Counted from the stretch's first letter, positions 32,992-41,215 are shown. The stretch: DNA of 64,000 nt from Candidatus Omnitrophota bacterium (GCA_028711115.1 JAQTSV010000001.1:6032-70031), one strand, 5' to 3'. Notes: generated by a model not told the origin, from the sequence alone. Translations and numbers: made by a program.

Positions 32992-32998
32992 GTTTTAT

Positions 32999-33889
32999 TT
33001 ACCTTAATCCTCCCAAGCCTCCGGTAGTGACAAATTGCAATAATACCGGTCCTCCCACAATTACGGCCACCACAGGCAGAATAAAGAATATCAAAGGTAT
33101 GAGCATCTTCATGGGTGCCTGCAGGGCTATCCTTTCCGCGCGTCTGAAAAACCTCTCGCGTACATCGTCTGAAAGGACGCTCAATGCCTGGGCAATAGGA
33201 ATACCCATTCTGTCGGCCTGAATGAGCGTGCGGCAAAATGCTGTGACATCAGGAAGGCTTAAGCGTTTTGCCATATCCGCAAGTGCGTCCCTGCGAGACT
33301 TTCCTACTTTTATTTCGTGTAATACCAAACTAAGCTCCTCTGTAAATGCATTAGCAAAAGATTTATCTACAATCCATCTGGCTGCGGCAATGAAATCCAG
33401 GCCTGCATCCACGCACAACGATAATAAATCCACCGTATCCGGAAGCGTCCGGATTATTTTTGACCTTCTATCCTGTACTTTAAAATTCAGCCAAATGTCC
33501 GGTGCGATAAAACCCACTATAGGCAGTATTATTAATGGCGCCACATCGCCGCTTCTTATGAACAGAAAAGTCAAAAACAAAAAGAAGAATGCCAATAATT
33601 CTTTTATGGCCAGGAAGTGCTCCGGCATCATAAATAACCTGGCTGCAAACATTTTCTCTTCCATTTTATTTCTCTTAAAAAATTTATTAACCAGCATATA
33701 GTTAACCGGCACGAAGAAATCCAGCATCGTGCCAAAGAAAGATTTTTTATTCTTGGTGCTGTATGCGTCCACCTTCAGTCTCCGTTGAATTGCCGTCTTT
33801 AATTCATAGGAGGTAAGCATTACAATCAAAACATTTGCCAGCAGTACGATTATCGCTATAAATAGAATTATCTGTGCAATTATCTCCAT
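32999..33889 (-). CDS. tadC: Tad pilus assembly inner-membrane platform protein TadC (T2SS-F family)
   Basis: 296-aa ORF. LPDTVDLLSLCVDAGLDF..LHEIKVGKSRRDALADMAKRL..FCRTLIQADRMGIPIAQAL..FILPVVAVIVGGPVLL is a typical TadC/GspF-type domain with flanking TM helices. Confidence 0.85.
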   Translation of the reverse strand: MEIIAQIILFIAIIVLLANVLIVMLTSYELKTAIQRRLKVDAYSTKNKKSFFGTMLDFFVPVNYMLVNKFFKRNKMEEKMFAARLFMMPEHFLAIKELLAFFFLFLTFLFIRSGDVAPLIILPIVGFIAPDIWLNFKVQDRRSKIIRTLPDTVDLLSLCVDAGLDFIAAARWIVDKSFANAFTEELSLVLHEIKVGKSRRDALADMAKRLSLPDVTAFCRTLIQADRMGIPIAQALSVLSDDVRERFFRRAERIALQAPMKMLIPLIFFILPVVAVIVGGPVLLQFVTTGGLGGLR

Positions 33890-33897
33890 ATCCTCTC

Positions 33898-34782
33898 CTA
33901 TAAATTCACCCTGCCGAACATCCTGATTAAAAATACGCCTACGATTTCCGAAATCACCGCGTACAGCAAAAGCCCCCTGCCCATAGGATTCGACAGCATA
34001 ATATCAAAGTAGTGCGGGTTAAAAGAATAAACCATTATCGTAAACACAATGGGCAAAAGTGACATAACCACGCCCTGAATCTTTCCCTGCATGCTCAGTG
34101 TCTTGACATTATCCGAGAGTTTAAGTTTTGCCCTGATAGTATTAATCAGGGTGCCGAACAATTGCGTAATATCGCCGCCGGTTTCTCTGGCCACCAGTAT
34201 CGCAGTGGTAAGTAAATTCAATTCTTCCGAAGGCATACGTTTGTTTAATCTGTCAAAAGATTCTTCCAAAGACATACCCATTTTATTCTCTCTTAAGATA
34301 ATGCCGAACTCCTGGCTGATGGGCGCAGGCAATTCCTCGACAAGCGCTTCAATCGCCTGCAGCAAGCTCAATCCTCCCTTAAGGCAGCTGGAAAGTATCA
34401 TCAGCCCGTCGCTAATCTGGGCATGAAATTTTTGCTTCCGGCCGACTATCATTCTCTTAAAAACAATACTAGGGATAAGAAAACCGATGGCCAGACCCAG
34501 CAATGCGCCGATGACATAGCTACCGAACACTCTCCCGAAAAATACGGCAGATACCAATGTGCAAATTGTGGGAGAAAGGGTATTAAACAGAACCAGTTTT
34601 TTGGCATCGATAAACAGCATCATCTCTTTTAAATTCATCTTCTGCTCTTCAATTTTGCGTGAGCGCCAACCAGAAAAAACCTTGAGCGCCACAGATGTAA
34701 ATTGCACGCCCTGGCTGGCAAGAACATAAATCGCACCTGCGATCAAGATGAAAACTACAAATTTTAAAATATCTGATGCCAT
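33898..34782 (-). CDS. tadB: Tad pilus assembly inner-membrane platform protein TadB (T2SS-F family)
   Basis: 294-aa ORF. LSSCLKGGLSLLQAIEALVEELPAPISQEFGIILRENKMGMSLEESFDRLNKRMPSEELNLLTTAILVARETGGDI, with TM helices at both ends. Confidence 0.85.
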   Translation of the reverse strand: MASDILKFVVFILIAGAIYVLASQGVQFTSVALKVFSGWRSRKIEEQKMNLKEMMLFIDAKKLVLFNTLSPTICTLVSAVFFGRVFGSYVIGALLGLAIGFLIPSIVFKRMIVGRKQKFHAQISDGLMILSSCLKGGLSLLQAIEALVEELPAPISQEFGIILRENKMGMSLEESFDRLNKRMPSEELNLLTTAILVARETGGDITQLFGTLINTIRAKLKLSDNVKTLSMQGKIQGVVMSLLPIVFTIMVYSFNPHYFDIMLSNPMGRGLLLYAVISEIVGVFLIRMFGRVNL

Positions 34783-34783
34783 C

Positions 34784-35017
34784 TTAGTTCTCCGTTACCG
34801 TTGTGACAGATGGTTCGTATTGTCTGCCCTGGCCGAATGTATCAGCTGTACTACGGAAGCTGCCGCATATCGCACGCCTTAAATAAAACTGCATAGCCAT
34901 GAGCGCTGCCACTATTATGGCGATAAGCACAACATACTCCAAAGTAGAGGCTGCTGTTTTTCTGCTCAAGCCAAAGGTTTTAAAATTCGTTTTAGTTCTA
35001 CAGTTTATTTTTTTCAT
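34784..35017 (-). CDS. flp: Flp-type pilin paralogue
   Basis: 77 aa. The leader is followed by AASTLEYVVLIAIIVAALMAMQFYLRR (Flp x-x-x-x-E-Y plus hydrophobic helix). There are 1-nt gaps to both neighbouring genes. Confidence 0.75.
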   Translation of the reverse strand: MKKINCRTKTNFKTFGLSRKTAASTLEYVVLIAIIVAALMAMQFYLRRAICGSFRSTADTFGQGRQYEPSVTTVTEN

Positions 35018-35018
35018 C

Positions 35019-37517
35019 TTAATTCCCCGGAACTAATCTTACACTATTTGGATTTTGATCAAAAGCTGCATGCGCTGTTCTTTCTATAACGCCTGTCTTC
35101 CATAAACCCAAAACACCAACCTGTTTCTCGCTGGGGTCTGTACGTCTTACCCTTACCCAAGTAGTGCTTCCATCGTCATTATAGTTTTCCAGCTGGAAAC
35201 AAGTTTTATAAGATAAATCTCCCCAGCCACTGCTCTGCCTGAATGAACGTATAGAGGGGATTTTAAAATTTGCTGGTAGCTGGATCTGTACGCTGTGTTG
35301 TCCACGGCTATCAACCCAGGTGTAAGACACAGGATTTATCCCGCCAAATTCTTGAGAAACATTTAGATTGGCATATGCTTGATCAATATCATTATATAAA
35401 GTTTGTATATCCACCTTAAAAGCCTCTAGTCTATCTATCATATAGTGGATTTCTGCCTCCGCAACTGCAAATTCATCTTCCATGTCCGCATCTATTGAGG
35501 TTTTACAGGGCGCATTAATAATTCCTTCTGCACCATAAGTACAATCCGGAAGATTATTTCTAATGCTCTGAATCACATACAGCCAACTGTATAATCCCTC
35601 TTGGAATCCTGTATCTGGGACACCGTCTAAAATCATATCGAAGAGCGCATAATAAGGGCCTTCGCTGGCTGGCGCGGTTTGGGCTGGATCATAAAACCAG
35701 TCCATCCAAAAACCCCACGAAGAAGCAATGGCCTCGAGGTCCTGCTGCTGGATAGCGTCTACTGTCCGCGTAAATTCTTTAAAAGTATCCATAGTATAAT
35801 CTACCTCGTCATAACCAAAATCCGGCATGGGACTGCAACTTTCGTCTTCACAATTTTCGTTACTATTAACCCAGTTATTCCATTGTTCCAAAGTTGGCCC
35901 TGGCTGCCAGAAAGAAACATCTATTCCGTGATTTTCTAATGTACTGAACAATTCTACAATCGGACCTGGATTAGCAGCGCAATCCAATTCCCCGCGATTA
36001 AGAAAGGCCATGGCATCATTCTTTAAAAATGTGTTGAACACAGGCATAGCCCCATTGTTGTCCTGATCCCAAAATCTCTTAATCCCTTCAAATATGGTGC
36101 CCAAGGATTGTTTAAGCTCGAATATCCTTCTGTCCCACCAAAATTGAAAGCGAGGAACGCTTTCCTGCGTATCGCCGTCACCGTCAGAATCACAGGGGTC
36201 GCCGCCCGTTACTGGCCCACTGCCACAATCAACAACTAAATCAGAAGGTGTCATATTGGGGTCATCTACAAGCTGTGACAATGCGGTTAAAAATGTGCCT
36301 TCTCTGTATGCATCTCTGTCCCCGAGGCTGTTTATAGAATTTACAAAAGAGCTAATGGCTTTACTCAAATCATTTTGCATCTTCTGAAGATCGCGATAGG
36401 AACCATAACCCGAAGCAGCCATATTCAGGGCTTCTCCTACTGTCAACGCTCCTTTTGAACCTGTTAACAATACCTCTCCTCCTATACTTGATATGGCGTT
36501 TGATACTGAACTAAGTCCCATCAAATCTAAACCCTGCCCTGGCAGGCTAGCTACCCAGCCTATTGCTGAATCAACGGCGTGGACAGCTGCTTGTATTCCG
36601 CCCCAAATCTGAGTACCTAGACCCGGCGTGGATGCGGGTGCTGCTGGTACTGCTGCTGGTGCTGCTGCTGGTGCTGCTGGGGCTCCGCCGCCCGCTGTTC
36701 CCCCAGCTGCGCCGCCTGCTGCTGCTGTGGTTATTGTGGCGCCTCCTGTTGCTGTTACTGTTGCTGTTACTCCTGCCGATGTGGCTACTGTTGCGGTTGC
36801 TCCTGCTGGCAATGCTATTGTTGCTGTGGTACCTGCTGCTACCGTCATTGTTGATGTGGTCCCTGCTGCTGTGGTTATTGTTACTGTTACATCTCCTCCC
36901 GCCGCTGCCACTGATACTGTTGATGCTGTATCTGCTGCTGCTGTTACTGTTGCGGTTCCTCCTCCTTCTACCGTTGCCATTGCTGGTGCAGCAGGGATAG
37001 CTACTCCTGCTGCTGCGCCAATAGCTGCGCCAATACAAGCGCCCATTAAAACAGTATTCCAAAAAGCTTTACTGCCGGCTATGGTCATACCCTGAATGGC
37101 TGCGCCGGTGGCAGCACCTATGGCCCCGGCTAAAGCACCGATAGCCACCAAAGCTAAAGGGGTTCCTATTCCTAAAGTTAATATCGATACGACTACAGCT
37201 GCAATCGCGAACAGCGCTGCTAATACCACCGCCACCCAACCCTGCTGATAACACTTCTTGGTCTGGTTGCCCAGCGACTCATATAGCTGGCGTGACCGAG
37301 TACTTAGCTGAGAAGCAAGCTGAAGCACAGATGCGTCTGCCACATTAGTAATAGCCGTTGTCTTAACTGCCACTTCACCAATATTTACAGTAATCAGTAT
37401 AAGCACCAATACAATCACCATTATTAAAATAAGCAGTGTAGCAATCTGGCCGCTTACACCTCTGCCAGTTTGAGAAAATATATTTACAAGGCCGACACTG
37501 CGTCTGTGCAACATCAT
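35019..37517 (-). CDS. TadG-like large pseudopilin/pilus-associated protein with TM-rich and Ala/Thr/Gly/Val low-complexity regions
   Basis: ORF 35019..37724. The likely start is Met70 (37517), downstream of the stop of the preceding gene. GVSGQIATLLILIMVIVLVLILITVNIGEVAVKTTAITNVADASVLQLAS matches the TadE/G-like N-terminus. A large globular C-terminal part follows. Confidence 0.65.
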   Translation of the reverse strand: MMLHRRSVGLVNIFSQTGRGVSGQIATLLILIMVIVLVLILITVNIGEVAVKTTAITNVADASVLQLASQLSTRSRQLYESLGNQTKKCYQQGWVAVVLAALFAIAAVVVSILTLGIGTPLALVAIGALAGAIGAATGAAIQGMTIAGSKAFWNTVLMGACIGAAIGAAAGVAIPAAPAMATVEGGGTATVTAAADTASTVSVAAAGGDVTVTITTAAGTTSTMTVAAGTTATIALPAGATATVATSAGVTATVTATGGATITTAAAGGAAGGTAGGGAPAAPAAAPAAVPAAPASTPGLGTQIWGGIQAAVHAVDSAIGWVASLPGQGLDLMGLSSVSNAISSIGGEVLLTGSKGALTVGEALNMAASGYGSYRDLQKMQNDLSKAISSFVNSINSLGDRDAYREGTFLTALSQLVDDPNMTPSDLVVDCGSGPVTGGDPCDSDGDGDTQESVPRFQFWWDRRIFELKQSLGTIFEGIKRFWDQDNNGAMPVFNTFLKNDAMAFLNRGELDCAANPGPIVELFSTLENHGIDVSFWQPGPTLEQWNNWVNSNENCEDESCSPMPDFGYDEVDYTMDTFKEFTRTVDAIQQQDLEAIASSWGFWMDWFYDPAQTAPASEGPYYALFDMILDGVPDTGFQEGLYSWLYVIQSIRNNLPDCTYGAEGIINAPCKTSIDADMEDEFAVAEAEIHYMIDRLEAFKVDIQTLYNDIDQAYANLNVSQEFGGINPVSYTWVDSRGQHSVQIQLPANFKIPSIRSFRQSSGWGDLSYKTCFQLENYNDDGSTTWVRVRRTDPSEKQVGVLGLWKTGVIERTAHAAFDQNPNSVRLVPGN

Positions 37518-37560
37518 CTGCAAAAATCTGCGAATATTTTTTGCAATAATTCTGCCAGAC

Positions 37561-37830
37561 TTAGTGAGATTCGCCAAAGATATCAAGTTTCGGATAATTT
37601 GATTCATTGATATACACCCCCTCGTTACCTGCAGCAATACTGCCGGCTGCAACTCTTGTTGATTCGTAATCTTCCTGGCGATGTGCCAGTCTTTCTGTAA
37701 ACCATATGAACATATATATAGCACCGGATAATAATACCGTCAGGCAAATAAATGCCAGGGTTATCTCCAGAGTTGCCTGAGCCCTTTTTGATTTATGCTG
37801 CCTGTCTGTTTTTACTGACCTGTCTGCCAT
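37561..37830 (-). CDS. TadE-like pseudopilin
   Basis: 89 aa. KRAQATLEITLAFICLTVLLSGAIYMFIWF is a TadE-type N-terminal helix. Confidence 0.6.
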   Translation of the reverse strand: MADRSVKTDRQHKSKRAQATLEITLAFICLTVLLSGAIYMFIWFTERLAHRQEDYESTRVAAGSIAAGNEGVYINESNYPKLDIFGESH

Positions 37831-38948
37831 GTCTTACTTCCTTGTTCTGACCTTGTGGTTGAATATTCTTCAGTCCGCACACTTGCCGCTGGCTGCGCAA
37901 TACCAGTCGTCTGATCCAAATGATCATTATATAAAATCGCCCTGGTTGTGGTCGTATTCCAATAAATATCGTCGGTGGTTGCAATGCCTGAGGCGCCTTC
38001 TGTCTTTCTCATCTCTAAATCTGTATTTACCTGTTGAGTATATTCGGGCTGAATGCCCATAGCCTGCACAGGCCTGCCTGAACCAGGAAAAGCGAATAGT
38101 TGCTCTATATGAGGAAAACTCCAGGTATCATTCTGTTCATAAAGACCGGCGTAACCATTGTGGTATCCTCCCGGCAGAGAAAATGGGGCGCCGTTGTGAT
38201 ACAAATCATAAAGATACCAAGGGACAAGCACTTCTTTAGCGCAAACTGAACTACAAGGAGTTGTATCGCCGGGTTTCTTTCCTCTCTCGCATTCCTGTGT
38301 GCAAAAATCCTGGTCCACAATCAAACGCGCCTGTCTTATGGCGTTATTATAATCCACTATCTCTCCTTCACAATAATCTACAACTGTTATAGTTCTGTTG
38401 CTACCCTGACAACCATCACCACTACACCATCCCCTGACATTGCCATATATTAAACCATATTTATCTCTTAAATATCTGTATTCATCTCCATTTTCCGGAA
38501 TATGTATATACTCGTCTCTTAATCCTGCTGTGGCTAAGGCGCGTTCCTGAGTGACTACCTGACCGTTTACTTTTCCCTGAAATTGCATAACCAGCTTGGG
38601 CAGACCATCGTAATCAGCTGCTGTGGCGTCTGCATTAGAGTCACGGGTGACGCTGGCTGATGCCATAAACGGGCTTACCTGGCCTACGCCAAACGGACTG
38701 GAAGGATCAGGAATGTGCCTGTCTTTGACAAGCACATATGTAGCTGAACCGTATGGCTGGCCACCGTTATCATTCTTAAAAGCCAGCTCCTGCGCTTTAC
38801 GAAATGCCTCCATCTGAGCCTGTTGCTGGAAATTGTATCTTAAACCGTATGCAACCAGAACGCCCAAAAGGAGCAGAATTAATGAACCGAAAATAGACAG
38901 CTCAAGCAGCGCCTGACCATTTTTAGTTTTTATATTTTTTATCATCAT
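37812..38948 (-). CDS. Large TadE-like protein with a Cys-rich extracellular domain
   Basis: 378 aa. KNGQALLELSIFGSLILLLLGVLVAYGL is a TadE-like N-terminus. A Cys cluster follows: WCSGDGCQGS..DYCEGE..DFCTQECERGKKPGDTTPCSSVCAKE. Confidence 0.6.
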   Translation of the reverse strand: MMIKNIKTKNGQALLELSIFGSLILLLLGVLVAYGLRYNFQQQAQMEAFRKAQELAFKNDNGGQPYGSATYVLVKDRHIPDPSSPFGVGQVSPFMASASVTRDSNADATAADYDGLPKLVMQFQGKVNGQVVTQERALATAGLRDEYIHIPENGDEYRYLRDKYGLIYGNVRGWCSGDGCQGSNRTITVVDYCEGEIVDYNNAIRQARLIVDQDFCTQECERGKKPGDTTPCSSVCAKEVLVPWYLYDLYHNGAPFSLPGGYHNGYAGLYEQNDTWSFPHIEQLFAFPGSGRPVQAMGIQPEYTQQVNTDLEMRKTEGASGIATTDDIYWNTTTTRAILYNDHLDQTTGIAQPAASVRTEEYSTTRSEQGSKTWQTGQ

Positions 38949-39355
38949 TAAAAAGCCCCTACTGTTTCTGTGCCGGTTCTTGATTGTTCATCCATATTTG
39001 TGGTGACTATGGTTGTGGCATTGACTCTATTAGCTGTTCTGTCTACATCGACAAGAGAAGTGCTGGTAATATCGCTACTGGTTGTAATTGTAAAATCAGA
39101 TTCTGTCGCGCCTGGCTCATACTGGCTGCCGATACTGTCAGCTGACTCGCGTATTTTTCCCTGAATACCGCGCTTAAGATAACTCTGCATTGCAATTAAA
39201 GCCACAATGATAACCACAATCACAAAAGCATATTCAATTACAGACGACTGACCAATTATGTTTTTAAAAAGATTTTTTAAAGATTTAAAATGAGGACAAT
39301 TTTTATCGCCCTGTTTTATATTCATATTACCGATTGTTTTATTCTGTTTGTTCAT
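38948..39355 (-). CDS. flp: Flp-type pilin paralogue (long, 135 aa from Met9)
   Basis: GQSSVIEYAFVIVVIIVALIAMQSYLKRGIQGKIRESADSIGSQYEP. The ATG at 39355 lies 2 nt after the upstream stop; the track start at 39379 would overlap the upstream gene. Confidence 0.7.
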   Translation of the reverse strand: MNKQNKTIGNMNIKQGDKNCPHFKSLKNLFKNIIGQSSVIEYAFVIVVIIVALIAMQSYLKRGIQGKIRESADSIGSQYEPGATESDFTITTSSDITSTSLVDVDRTANRVNATTIVTTNMDEQSRTGTETVGAF

Positions 39356-39357
39356 AA

Positions 39358-39732
39358 TTATAACTCGTGGTCCTGCCACGAAGTACTCACTCCTGTGTTA
39401 TCAGAATCCTGATTAAATGTGGATGTCACTTTGGAACTGTCGCCCGCGCCTTCCTCTTGAATTCTCATGCTTGCCTGCGACGTAGAACGCATCGCGATAT
39501 TCTGCGACATTGCTCTCTCCGCATTTGTCTCCATATATTCCTGGTTGCCTAATTGATCGGCGCTGTATTTAATCACTGACTGAATTCCCCGTTTCATATA
39601 AATTTGCATGGCAAGTAGGGCCGCAGACACTACAGCTATTAACAGTGCGTATTCTGCAATGCTTTGGCCCATTGTCTTTTTTGAGTCCTTAGTTTTGAGT
39701 TTTAAGTTTATCTTTATCATTCCTCTTGCCAT
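39358..39732 (-). CDS. flp: Flp-type pilin paralogue (124 aa)
   Basis: TMGQSIAEYALLIAVVSAALLAMQIYMKRGIQSVIKYSADQLGNQ. Confidence 0.75.
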   Translation of the reverse strand: MARGMIKINLKLKTKDSKKTMGQSIAEYALLIAVVSAALLAMQIYMKRGIQSVIKYSADQLGNQEYMETNAERAMSQNIAMRSTSQASMRIQEEGAGDSSKVTSTFNQDSDNTGVSTSWQDHEL

Positions 39733-39786
39733 TTCTGCCCTGTTATTTATGACTTATATAATATAGGCAGAAAATTCATTGCCCTC

Positions 39787-40113
39787 CTAATTTGTAGTAT
39801 TGTACTCATCTTCAAAGTTACCCATAGTTTCTGAACCTGTGCGCTGCTGCCAGGAATCCTCATACTTTGTAGTTGTCGTCCAGGCGTCCTGTGCTTCAGT
39901 TGTGTTTGAAAACGACTCGGTCCTATAATTGTATGTGGTATGGTCTGGAGAAAACTGATCTCCGATCTGATCCGCGGAATCCCTCATCCTACCCTGTATA
40001 CCGCGTTTCAAATATGCCTGTATAGCAATAAGGGCCATAATTACCACCACCACGAGTATTGCATACTCCAAGGTGCTTTGGCCTCTCTTTTTTGTCCTTA
40101 ATAAACGCATCAT
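39787..40113 (-). CDS. flp: Flp-type pilin paralogue (108 aa)
   Basis: MMRLLRTKKRGQSTLEYAILVVVVIMALIAIQAYLKRGIQGRMRDSADQIGDQFSP. Confidence 0.8.
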   Translation of the reverse strand: MMRLLRTKKRGQSTLEYAILVVVVIMALIAIQAYLKRGIQGRMRDSADQIGDQFSPDHTTYNYRTESFSNTTEAQDAWTTTTKYEDSWQQRTGSETMGNFEDEYNTTN

Positions 40114-40152
40114 TTATTCACCCCCTAACTTAAGTAGTTAGTTTTAGTTTGA

Positions 40153-40506
40153 CTAATCATTACCCTCTGACCAGTTGCCATATGTAATTTGACCTGTCCT
40201 GGCTGTATATTCATTTGTGATATCCCGCGTAATTTGACCACCCTTTTCCATGGCCTCAGATCTATCTGACCTGGATGCTGTGGACATGTTGGACTCCATA
40301 TAATATGGCTCATACTGAGATTGGGTAAATATGCCTTCACCTGTCTCATTGCCAATTGTCATACTATAATCCATTGCATCCTTTATGCGCGCCTGCATGC
40401 CACGACGCACATAAATCTGCATGGCTATGGCTGCCGCCACGATAACGCCGATTAATATTGCGTACTCTGCTGTATTTTGAGCTCTTTTATTTAGAAATCG
40501 TATCAT
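40153..40506 (-). CDS. flp: Flp-type pilin paralogue (117 aa)
   Basis: MIRFLNKRAQNTAEYAILIGVIVAAAIAMQIYVRRGMQARIKDAMD. Confidence 0.8.
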   Translation of the reverse strand: MIRFLNKRAQNTAEYAILIGVIVAAAIAMQIYVRRGMQARIKDAMDYSMTIGNETGEGIFTQSQYEPYYMESNMSTASRSDRSEAMEKGGQITRDITNEYTARTGQITYGNWSEGND

Positions 40507-40544
40507 CTTATGTCACCCCCATTTCACAATTATATAAATTTAAT

Positions 40545-40745
40545 TTAATTAGTGAAACCAAAACCTACCTTATTGCCGAAATAATCTGCGCCTCTCTCAA
40601 TGCTTGCTCCTGCCTGGTTGTAAGTCCTATTTACTGCCGGCTTAATAATGCTAACGGCTGCAAAAATAATTGCTGCTGCAATTGCTGTAAAAACGATAAC
40701 GTATTCGACGGTGCTTTGTCCGCGTCTGCCTCTCACTTTCTCCAT
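40545..40745 (-). CDS. flp: Flp-type pilin paralogue (66 aa)
   Basis: MEKVRGRRGQSTVEYVIVFTAIAAAIIFAAVSIIKPAVNRTY. Confidence 0.8.
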   Translation of the reverse strand: MEKVRGRRGQSTVEYVIVFTAIAAAIIFAAVSIIKPAVNRTYNQAGASIERGADYFGNKVGFGFTN

Positions 40746-40804
40746 CCTCCTTCACCCCCTTCCTGTTCTTTATTTTTTATAAAGAATGAATAAATCCGAT
40801 ACGG

Positions 40805-41041
40805 CTACCAGCTATAGGCATTGGCTACAAAATCCTCTGCCACGTGATTTATCGCCACCGATGTACTTTCAAATAACCTGTTTACAGACGGCCTTATAAA
40901 CGTAGTGGCCGCAAAAATTATCACCATTACTATCACAGAAAACATCACCACATACTCTATAATCATCTGGCCTTTATCCCTAGTGATTAGAGCCATCGTA
41001 TTAAACCATATACTCAAGATTGTTTTATTTAGCGTATTCAT
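40805..41041 (-). CDS. flp: Flp-type pilin paralogue (78 aa from the ATG at 41041)
   Basis: DKGQMIIEYVVMFSVIVMVIIFAATTFIRPSVNRLF. The ATG at 41041 lies 1 nt after the stop of the upstream unlisted flp gene. The start is uncertain (an alternative is Met16 of this ORF). Confidence 0.7.
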   Translation of the reverse strand: MNTLNKTILSIWFNTMALITRDKGQMIIEYVVMFSVIVMVIIFAATTFIRPSVNRLFESTSVAINHVAEDFVANAYSW

Positions 41042-41042
41042 T

Positions 41043-41213
41043 TTAGTTTGTCTCATTAATCTCTGCATTAACTTGGCCCTCTACAGTCTTAAGGTTGGCC
41101 TGAATCGCCCTTCTCACATAGAGAGACATAGCTATAAGCGCTGCGCTTACCACCGCGACCAAAACCGCATATTCCATTATGGACTGACCTCTTTTTCTGA
41201 AAAAATTAGCCAT
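41043..41213 (-). CDS. flp: Flp-type pilin, 56 aa (below the ORF-track length cut-off, so not listed)
   Basis: Hand translation gives MANFFRKRGQSIMEYAVLVAVVSAALIAMSLYVRRAIQANLKTVEGQVNAEINETN*. The ATG at 41213 is 2 nt after the upstream stop (41216-41218), and the TAA is at 41045-41043. Confidence 0.8.
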   Translation of the reverse strand: MANFFRKRGQSIMEYAVLVAVVSAALIAMSLYVRRAIQANLKTVEGQVNAEINETN

Positions 41214-41215
41214 GG

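Noticed and set aside
71-32881. About 100 + strand ORFs (60-186 aa) listed in the track across the left half of the window.
   Set aside because: Their translations are low-complexity S/L/F/I/C-rich strings without motifs. They all lie antisense to the single open minus-strand frame, so they are antisense shadow ORFs and not genes.
1-32991. Stop-codon reassignment as an explanation for the very long open frame.
   Set aside because: The frame contains none of the three stop codons, while adjacent genes terminate normally with TAA, TGA and TAG. The standard code suffices.
1-32991. P-loop/SecA-DEAD-like ATPase domain, which I recall being reported for some giant proteins.
   Set aside because: I noticed no GxxxxGK[ST] Walker A or DEAD box in my hand translation of the in-window part. 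This was a by-eye scan only, and the missing C-terminal part could still contain one.
33027-34632. The + strand ORFs antisense to tadC/tadB, and similar + strand ORFs over the pst, pho and cpa genes.
   Set aside because: They lie opposite well-supported minus-strand genes and show shadow-ORF composition without motifs.
36563-37095. Three overlapping ORFs (two on +, one on -) with poly-Leu, poly-Ser/Arg or poly-Ala translations.
   Set aside because: They are artefacts of the GCN/ACN/GTN codon repeat tract inside the TadG-like gene. The 35019..37517 frame has the Tad-like N-terminus and a globular C-terminus.
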